Notes under the pieces: model-generated
What the model was told of the DNA's origin: nothing
Database searches by the model: none
Seen by the model: the letters and a program-made list of their open reading frames with translations, nothing else
Assembly (NCBI GenBank): GCA_016198325.1
Contig: JACQIV010000015.1
Coordinates: 1,423 to 65,422 of the forward strand
Direction of reading: 5' to 3'
DNA: 64,000 nt
From: Candidatus Curtissbacteria bacterium
GTDB lineage: Bacteria > Patescibacteriota > Microgenomatia > Curtissbacterales > GWA2-41-24
Shown here: positions 58,326 to 64,000 of the stretch, one piece after another
Position numbering within the stretch: the stretch's first letter is position 1
Layout of the letters: every line of letters begins with the position of its first letter
Translations under genes and position numbers: made by a program

Positions 58326-58400
58326 GGTGGCTGTAGCTCAGTTGGTTAGAGCGCTGGCTTGTGGAGCCGGAAGTCGGGGGTTCGAGTCCCCTCAGCCACC
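58326..58400 (+). tRNA. tRNA-His(GUG)
   Basis: G-1 present; CTGGC-TTGTGGA-GCCGG anticodon arm; GTTCGAG T-arm. Confidence 0.95.
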
Positions 58401-58408
58401 CAATTAAC

Positions 58409-58479
58409 GCGGGTGTAGTTCAATGGCAGAACACCAGTTTTCCAAACTGGATACGAGGGTTCGATTCCCTTCACCCGCT
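58409..58479 (+). tRNA. tRNA-Gly(UCC)
   Basis: GCGGGTG...CCAGT-TTTCCAA-ACTGG...CACCCGCT. Confidence 0.95.
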
Positions 58480-58487
58480 CAAAAATT

Positions 58488-58560
58488 GCCCGCGTAGCTC
58501 AACGGATAGAGCACTCGCGTTCTAAGCGATTGGTTGGGGGTTCGAATCCCTCCGCGGGCA
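58488..58560 (+). tRNA. tRNA-Arg(UCU); probable integration site
   Basis: GCCCGCG...CTCGC-GTTCTAA-GCGAT...CGCGGGCA; A20 present. Confidence 0.92.
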
Positions 58561-60013
58561 CATTGGAGGATTTTTGAGCCAAAGCGATCACGTTTTGGCT
58601 GATACAATAGGCTGTCTGTGCGGTTCTAAAATTTGCACCATCAAAAGGCAACCTTTGGGGAAATAGGAAATTTTGGAACCTTTTTTTGATGTCAATGTCT
58701 ATCCGTGACCACACACCGCTTATGTCTTCGAGAAGCGATAGACTATGCTCCGAAACTTTCATTACATCATCTAGGGTTGACTGCTGAGTGTGAAGTTTCA
58801 GTTCAAGTTCCACAATTTTCTGCTCGTTTTCTGTAGTCATTTCTTTTGCGAGTTGGTCACTGATAACATTCCTTAAATTCTTTCCAACTATTTCTTTATT
58901 TAGAATTTTCAGCTTTGATATTTCACTTTCAATTTCATCAACCCTTTTTTGATTATTTTTATTCCTGTCTTCCCAATTCACCTCAATAGCCTTTAACATC
59001 AGCTCTTTTAATTCATCTTTATAATGATAATTACGCAAGTAATTGGTAAACTTGGTTTCCAAACCTTCGTCACCATCTTTGTTGTAGTTAATTTTTTTGC
59101 AGCGTTTGCAGCGATAATAAGCGTATTTACCACCATTCCCTGTTGACCAGCTTGCCGTAAGTCCATCATTACAGGTAGTGTGGACTATGAAGTTTCTAAG
59201 TGGAAAGTCTGGATTGTTAACTCTATAAATTGGAATTTTCTTAGCTTTTCTATCTAGCTTATCTAGAACTCTTAAAAATAACTCTGGTTCCACAATGGGT
59301 TTAAAATCACCAATTACACTCAAGCCGAACTTTTCAATAACGCCCATATACGTTTTATTTCTTAACATCCTGTTAAACTGACTTTTACTGATTGTTAATC
59401 CCCTGTTGGCTATTTCTTTTCTAGCTTCCTCCTGTGTATATCCAGTATCAATTAATTCCCAAATTAGATGAATTTTTTTAACTAATTCAGGCTTATCTAG
59501 GGCAAGATTAGACTTTCCTTTACCACCTGTGTTCACATAGCCCTTAGGAGCCTTCCAGACGTATCTACCAGCCTTCATAGCAGCTATCATCCCATTTTGG
59601 CTCCTTTCTGTCCTTATGTCGTTGTCGAATTGTGCAAAACCTGCAAGCTGGTTTTCTATCAATCTACCTACAGAAGTATCCTCAAGATTTTCGGTAGCAG
59701 ATATTAGCCTCACGTTATATTTGTTAAAAAACATCTTGAGTGAGGCATGGTCTAAAGTATTTCTTGCAAGCCTGTCAACTTTGTAAACAATTACTCCAAA
59801 TATGTCTTTATTCTTTGCTACATATTCAAGCAGAAACTTGAGTTCAGTCCTATCCGCCGTTTTGGCGCTTTCACCCTTCTCTGTAAAAACCTCAACAACG
59901 TCATAACCATTGTCTATTGCGTAACGTCTGCACATATCTAGTTGTGTTTCCAAGCTACTGCCTTCTACCTGTTCTTTGCTTGAAACTCTCAGGTACAAAA
60001 TTACTTTATTCAT
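58499..60013 (-). CDS. Large serine recombinase (integrase)
   Basis: YLRVSS catalytic motif, DRLARN, recombinase domain, zinc-ribbon-like YYRCKRC, coiled coil. Confidence 0.93.
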   Translation of the reverse strand: MNKVILYLRVSSKEQVEGSSLETQLDMCRRYAIDNGYDVVEVFTEKGESAKTADRTELKFLLEYVAKNKDIFGVIVYKVDRLARNTLDHASLKMFFNKYNVRLISATENLEDTSVGRLIENQLAGFAQFDNDIRTERSQNGMIAAMKAGRYVWKAPKGYVNTGGKGKSNLALDKPELVKKIHLIWELIDTGYTQEEARKEIANRGLTISKSQFNRMLRNKTYMGVIEKFGLSVIGDFKPIVEPELFLRVLDKLDRKAKKIPIYRVNNPDFPLRNFIVHTTCNDGLTASWSTGNGGKYAYYRCKRCKKINYNKDGDEGLETKFTNYLRNYHYKDELKELMLKAIEVNWEDRNKNNQKRVDEIESEISKLKILNKEIVGKNLRNVISDQLAKEMTTENEQKIVELELKLHTQQSTLDDVMKVSEHSLSLLEDISGVWSRIDIDIKKRFQNFLFPQRLPFDGANFRTAQTAYCISQNVIALAQKSSNVPAEGFEPPTNRLERECSIR

Positions 60014-60173
60014 GATTGTTTTGGTTACCTTTTGTCTTCTTAATGTAAATATCTATCAATAGATTGGAGAGGTAATTTATTTCTTTTACCATTTGATCCT
60101 CATGCTCTGGATTTAATTTTAGAGCCTTAAGTTCTTTTTTCAGTTTTGCTTTTAGTTCTTCGTTTTCTATCAT
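60006..60173 (-). CDS. 55-aa ORF overlapping the integrase start (not in the ORF track)
   Basis: MIENEELKAKLKKELKALKLNPEHEDQMVKEINYLSNLLIDIYIKKTKGNQNNHE*; ATGAATAA overlap. Confidence 0.6.
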   Translation of the reverse strand: MIENEELKAKLKKELKALKLNPEHEDQMVKEINYLSNLLIDIYIKKTKGNQNNHE

Positions 60174-60269
60174 GGCTAAGTCGGCAAATACCGAGCCTTA
60201 GCCCAAGTGCTTCTTGATACTAAAAGCGGTTATTAACTCCCACCTTAGCCTGCAATTTCTGTTGCTCAG

Positions 60270-61049
60270 CTAAAGTTTGAATGCTTGTTCCGTGTTTAAA
60301 TTTACAATTTTTCCGTTTCTTTTAACCAAGCTAACATCTTGAAAATCGCTCTTTTGAATCACTTTTATCAAATCTTCAGCCGATATTGGTTTTTCGTTTC
60401 CCATAGTTCTTCCAGCATGTAAATGAGAAATGTCGCCGTCTTTTTTCTTGATTCTAACGGAATTAAAGTCTTTATCTCTTAAAAGTTTGATAACTTGCTT
60501 CTCTTTTACCGAAATAGCCGATTGTAGAAATAAAGACGCAAAGGTTTTCTTAGGGGTAGCGAGCATACCATCTCTTTTTATTGACACTTTACTTACAAAT
60601 TTATTAAGTGTTGTGTGAATGTAAGTATCTTTGTCTGATCCATATAATAGGTAGTTAATAGGGTCACAAAATAGAACTCCACCATTAGGTAGAAACAAAA
60701 TCGTGATCTCAATACGAGCCATAGCAACCCCGATAGCCATATCGGATGCGTACTGATCTTCAAAGAAAAACTTCCAAAGAGGCTTTAATTGAGAGTGCTG
60801 GACACCAAATTTTTTAAGTTCATCTACCAATAGGAGATAAACTAATTCCTTGTAACTAAACTTTCGCCAACCTTCTTTTTGTTTTCTGCCATCATTAAGC
60901 AATTTGTCTTTGCTTAAAACATTTACTTGCCGATAAGTTAGTGTCGTGTCAGCAACCCTAAATCTCTTTTTATTTATAAAATCTGTGAGGTGGTGTTTCT
61001 CGTTATACTTGAAGAATTCCAAGTCGAGAAGTTCAGTCGTAAGAAGCAT
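60270..61049 (-). CDS. MerR-like HTH domain protein
   Basis: LTYRQVNVL...GWRKFSYKELVYL...ELKKFGV pattern; ATG 61049. Confidence 0.75.
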   Translation of the reverse strand: MLLTTELLDLEFFKYNEKHHLTDFINKKRFRVADTTLTYRQVNVLSKDKLLNDGRKQKEGWRKFSYKELVYLLLVDELKKFGVQHSQLKPLWKFFFEDQYASDMAIGVAMARIEITILFLPNGGVLFCDPINYLLYGSDKDTYIHTTLNKFVSKVSIKRDGMLATPKKTFASLFLQSAISVKEKQVIKLLRDKDFNSVRIKKKDGDISHLHAGRTMGNEKPISAEDLIKVIQKSDFQDVSLVKRNGKIVNLNTEQAFKL

Positions 61050-61051
61050 AT

Positions 61052-61102
61052 ATTGAACACTACTGTTCAATTTAAGTATAACTGATAAATTTTTTTAGTC
61101 AA
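61052..61102 (-). promoter_or_regulatory. Promoter with palindromic operator
   Basis: TTGACT-16-TATACT followed by the perfect inverted repeat ATTGAACA-N4-TGTTCAAT. Confidence 0.65.
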
Positions 61103-61152
61103 GACCTGTTTCAAGCATAAGCAATTAAGTTTTGTTAATGATTTTGTAGAAA

Positions 61153-61842
61153 CTATTTGTGAACCCAAAAATCGTACTCTCCGCCACCAGCAAGTGTTTG
61201 CTTATAAGTTACTACATGGGTGTGTTCCTCATCTCCCATATCGTTATTTTCCCTGTAACCTGCAGCTATATCCTCTTCTAGGTTGTATTTTTTCTTTAGA
61301 CTATTAAGGTAGAAATCTCTCTTTGCTAGCACTTCAGGAAACATAAATAACACTTCGGGCTTTCTTTGATCTTTATTTATATAGTCACTTTGCAGATAGC
61401 CAATAAGTAGTGGTGATCTAAGAAATCCCTGTTTCTTTCTATAAAGTACAAAGTTTACTAATTTACCATTGTTTGTTACTCCTAATTCCAAATTTATTAA
61501 ATCATTCGACGCATGATCTGTGTGAAAGAAATAACTTCTTTCTTCACGTTCTACATGAATTAGGTTTTGGTTGTCTAAAAAAGTAAGCCAGCAAGACGAA
61601 GCGGATTCCAACTTCTCTATATACTTCATCACTTTTCCTTTCTGTTTTGGATTAAGATCTTCGTATTCAAGGTTTTTTTCTGGTTCTATTTCGCAAAGCT
61701 CCAATATCATTTTTGGGATTTTTTGATTTGTTCCCCTAAGCGATGCCAAGATTCTGAGTGAAGGAGAAGCAGATCGCATCGCCCATGTACGAGCTAGATA
61801 AATGATAAATAGGGATAAAAAGATCAGCTGAAAATAGTTCAT
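61153..61842 (-). CDS. Membrane-anchored hypothetical protein
   Basis: 229 aa with N-terminal hydrophobic segment. Confidence 0.65.
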   Translation of the reverse strand: MNYFQLIFLSLFIIYLARTWAMRSASPSLRILASLRGTNQKIPKMILELCEIEPEKNLEYEDLNPKQKGKVMKYIEKLESASSCWLTFLDNQNLIHVEREERSYFFHTDHASNDLINLELGVTNNGKLVNFVLYRKKQGFLRSPLLIGYLQSDYINKDQRKPEVLFMFPEVLAKRDFYLNSLKKKYNLEEDIAAGYRENNDMGDEEHTHVVTYKQTLAGGGEYDFWVHK

Positions 61843-61852
61843 TTAATTTGCA

Positions 61853-62443
61853 TTACCTGCACATACTTCCCACAGGAATTCCACCATTATCTCTGCATTG
61901 CCTGCGTAAATCTGACTCTAAACTTCTTTGCTCTTCTTCGAACTTGTCCTGTTGTCTTTCAAGTTCTTCTATGGCATCTTGTTGTTTTTTAACTGAAGAC
62001 CCCAATTTGCCCGTATCGATGACTGGTGAGTTCGGTTCGTAAGTGTAGTTATAATCTGGTTGACCTTCCTCTGCCATAATTTTTTGAACCAGCGCTTCTT
62101 TTTCAGCCATTTTTGCAGGGTCAGAGTCATATCTTAGCGCCACCAATTTTATTAACTCGGAATCTGTCATGCTTTCATTGCCATATTCTTTTTTTGATTC
62201 CTTTTTTGCATTCTCGCTTCCTCTAACAACTAAAAATGAGGCAATTTTAAGTGCTTTTTCTGTAGGTTGAGGAGACACAGAAGGTTCTACAGTTAACTGT
62301 TGTATAGGTTCAGCGGTTTTGGCTATATTCGCATCTGAAATTAAAGACGATGATATGTATATAGCTATAATGGCTATAACTCCGAGAGCCAGAATAACTT
62401 GTTTTTTAACTAGCCAGTTAGTATTTTCGTGTTTCATCTTCAT
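61853..62443 (-). CDS. Membrane-anchored hypothetical protein
   Basis: N-terminal TM, coiled coil, C-terminal Cys pair. Confidence 0.65.
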   Translation of the reverse strand: MKMKHENTNWLVKKQVILALGVIAIIAIYISSSLISDANIAKTAEPIQQLTVEPSVSPQPTEKALKIASFLVVRGSENAKKESKKEYGNESMTDSELIKLVALRYDSDPAKMAEKEALVQKIMAEEGQPDYNYTYEPNSPVIDTGKLGSSVKKQQDAIEELERQQDKFEEEQRSLESDLRRQCRDNGGIPVGSMCR

Positions 62444-62511
62444 ATTTTTGGGCGAGGATAAGTAAAGAGGATCGCATTATAGGTCATAGTGTGCCTAAAT
62501 GCAAGGGATAA

Positions 62512-62570
62512 TTTGGCACGGATGCCAAAGACATTTTAGCTCCAATTTGGCATAAATGCCAATGATGGCA
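62512..62570. promoter_or_regulatory. Tandem palindromic operators TTGGCA-N4-TGCCAA
   Basis: 62512-62529 and 62547-62562; the second overlaps the XRE start. Confidence 0.65.
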
Positions 62571-62792
62571 GTAAAAGTCAACGAAAGCGCTTTAAAACGG
62601 CAATTTGGAGCTAAACTGAGGCAGCTAAGACTGGATAAAAGGCTTTCTCAGGAGGAGGTGGCGCTAGAGGCTGGTTTAGACCTTACAACGATAAACGAGA
62701 TTGAAATGGGAAGCAGGAACCCATCATTGGTGACAATTGCAAAAATCGCAAGAGCGCTGAACAAGGACTTATCTGTACTGCTCACGTTCTAG
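62556..62792 (+). CDS. XRE-family HTH regulator (controller-protein-like)
   Basis: FGAKLRQLR...LSQEEVA...INEIEMGSRNPSLVTIAKIARAL. Confidence 0.92.
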   Translation: MPMMAVKVNESALKRQFGAKLRQLRLDKRLSQEEVALEAGLDLTTINEIEMGSRNPSLVTIAKIARALNKDLSVLLTF

Positions 62793-62990
62793 ACGAATTG
62801 GCAGACAGATAACAACATTGTTTGGATGTTCAAGTTCGCTAAGTGCCTCAAATTCTTCTCTGGTCATTCTCTCATCTCCAACATAATAGTTATCTTCATC
62901 ATCGTAAAAGACTGGACTGGCTATCTTTTTGCCGATACTTAATTTGTTCAACTTTTTATCTATTTGGTCTAATCTAGCTGACACATTCAT
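62769..62990 (-). CDS. Hypothetical protein
   Basis: 73 aa; start overlaps the stop of the upstream ORF. Confidence 0.6.
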   Translation of the reverse strand: MNVSARLDQIDKKLNKLSIGKKIASPVFYDDEDNYYVGDERMTREEFEALSELEHPNNVVICLPIRLEREQYR

Positions 62991-63355
62991 TAATTGGCTT
63001 CGGGTGTACCTAATTTTTTCTCAATTTCGTTGAGCCTAGTAATAATTTCCGATTGTTCATGTGCTTTCATTAACGCGTTGCAGCCAATAAATATAGAGTT
63101 TGAGTAATTAGGGTGTATGTTTCCAGCACGTAAATGGTTAAGTGTTTCTTCTATAACTATAATAACGTCACGTGGGCTTCTTATTGCTCTTTGCGGTAAG
63201 GATAAATTGTTTTTTCTAGAATTAAGTCCACCGTTTCTAACAGCTACCGCTAAGTCTTCCTTAGACTCCGGATTGTGAAAGAAACAATAATTCTTACCTA
63301 TTAATGCTCTAGCCTTACAAACGTCGCCATTTTCTCTAATAAACTTACAGCCCAT
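62990..63355 (-). CDS. CCCH-type zinc-finger protein (HGGxSTG-domain-like)
   Basis: GCKFIRENGDVCKARALIGKNYCFFH, followed by RNGG. Confidence 0.65.
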   Translation of the reverse strand: MGCKFIRENGDVCKARALIGKNYCFFHNPESKEDLAVAVRNGGLNSRKNNLSLPQRAIRSPRDVIIVIEETLNHLRAGNIHPNYSNSIFIGCNALMKAHEQSEIITRLNEIEKKLGTPEAN

Positions 63356-63477
63356 ACAGCCTAATTATACTAGCTACAGTAATATGCGAGGCATACAGAT
63401 TATTAAAACTAATGATTTATGCTGTTAGTCAAAAAGGGGAGCTATCAAAAAAACGTCATCTAAATGATGAGTACTAG

Positions 63478-63589
63478 TATGACCTCTTATGATAGGGTTA
63501 ATCAGACTCAATGTCGGTTGACAAATATGACTAAATATGATAGGGTTTGCCTTGTCAATGGGGTGTTGACAATTATGTCAAACAATGAC
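63478..63589. repeat. Degenerate 48-bp-period repeat / operator array
   Basis: TATG(A/T)C at 63478, 63526, 63574; TATGATAGGGTT x2; GTTGACAA at 63517 and 63565. Confidence 0.6.
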
Positions 63590-63647
63590 GAAAATGAATA
63601 TATGCCCCGCGTCTGCCACCTCATTAAAGTACAAATTAGCAGTTTAA

Positions 63648-63797
63648 AATTTACAACCTTAAGTTAGGCTAGCTAGCGGAGGGAGAGGGAATTGAACCCT
63701 CGAATCCCGATCAAGAGAAAATCCGTTTTTCAGACAGACGCAACTTAACCAACAGTTGCCACCCCTCCTTAGCTAACCTAGCTTAGAGCTGTAAATT
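63648..63797. repeat. 28-bp imperfect inverted repeat flanking the tRNA-like gene
   Basis: 63648-63675 vs 63770-63797: 23/28 complementary; all five differences are transitions. Confidence 0.85.
63677..63768 (-). tRNA. Atypical tRNA-like gene: Ser-type class II body with GAA (Phe) anticodon
   Basis: GGAGGGG/TCCCTCC-G acceptor; GCAAC/GTTGC D-stem; TCTGT-CTGAAAA-ACGGA; 20-nt variable region; GAGGG-TTCAATT-CCCTC. Confidence 0.75.
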
Positions 63798-63827
63798 AGG
63801 GAAACCTACCTTACTCAACTACTGCTC

Positions 63828-63953
63828 CTATCCTATTGGGTTAGGATAAGGAACAAAAAGTCCATTCGGACTTTGAACAAAACTTTGACCCATGAATCTC
63901 ACGATTCTGGGTCTTTTTTTGACCTTTTTGAGGTCTTTCTTTTTGGCCTTCAT
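63828..63953 (-). CDS. 41-aa Lys/Arg-rich peptide (not in the ORF track)
   Basis: AAAGGAGG 8 nt before ATG; MKAKKKDLKKVKKRPRIVRFMGQSFVQSPNGLFVPYPNPIG*. Confidence 0.5.
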   Translation of the reverse strand: MKAKKKDLKKVKKRPRIVRFMGQSFVQSPNGLFVPYPNPIG

Positions 63954-64000
63954 GGAGAAATCCTCCTTTCTCGATCGGTTCTTTGAACCGCCGACTCGAA

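Larger units (their letters stand above)
58561..64000. mobile_element. Integrated element (satellite/prophage/genomic island) at tRNA-Arg; extends past the window end
   Basis: Integrase convergent on the tRNA 3' end, MerR-like and XRE regulators, orphan ORFs, tRNA-like gene; second att site not seen in the window. Confidence 0.85.

Noticed and set aside
63478-63589. CRISPR array
   Set aside because: Fewer than three degenerate units, no identical repeats with unique spacers, and no cas genes
63464-63667. 67-aa + strand ORF with a 16-aa repeat
   Set aside because: Its periodicity follows the 48-bp DNA repeat rich in promoter-like motifs, and it has no SD; probably non-coding, though not excluded
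63677-63768. tRNA-Sec or tmRNA interpretation
   Set aside because: The anticodon is GAA rather than UCA, the acceptor stem is 7 bp, and a complete anticodon arm is present; no sel genes or tag-peptide frame were seen
58561-64000. Second att copy of the tRNA-Arg 3' end
   Set aside because: Not found by eye; cgaatccc at 63701 is only a short match inside the tRNA-like gene

Overview
Bacterial chromosome segment with the standard genetic code. Gene content and style suggest Patescibacteria/CPR, probably Microgenomates-like (inference). Positions 1-58560 are mostly housekeeping genes: polX end, lemA, prs-pyrF-pyrE-pyrD, htpX, gatCAB, dnaE, rplS-rnhB-yraN, a pentose-phosphate/glycerate cluster, dsbB/dsbA, dinB, xseAB, ppsA-eno-gpmI, lexA, uvrB/A/C, yvcK-secG-oppA and five tRNAs. 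From the 3' end of tRNA-Arg(UCU) (~58560) to beyond the window end lies an integrated element with a large serine recombinase whose ORF runs antisense into the tRNA. The most unusual signal is in that element (63648-64000, minus strand). It is a tRNA-like cloverleaf with a serine-type body (GGA start, G73, long variable arm) but a Phe GAA anticodon, clamped inside a 28-bp inverted repeat. Upstream on that strand are about six hairpins and an unannotated 41-aa basic ORF with a hairpin-sequestered SD. Other observations: a candidate LexA operator shared by lexA and the dinB cassette, a stand-alone ~60-nt sRNA candidate, an orphan IS200/IS605-type end, a relic islet at tRNA-Lys, a Cys-to-Ser class-1A-like PyrD, an orphan FabH-like enzyme and a DoxX-like pseudogene. 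All calls come from reading the sequence by eye; no searches or folding programs were run.
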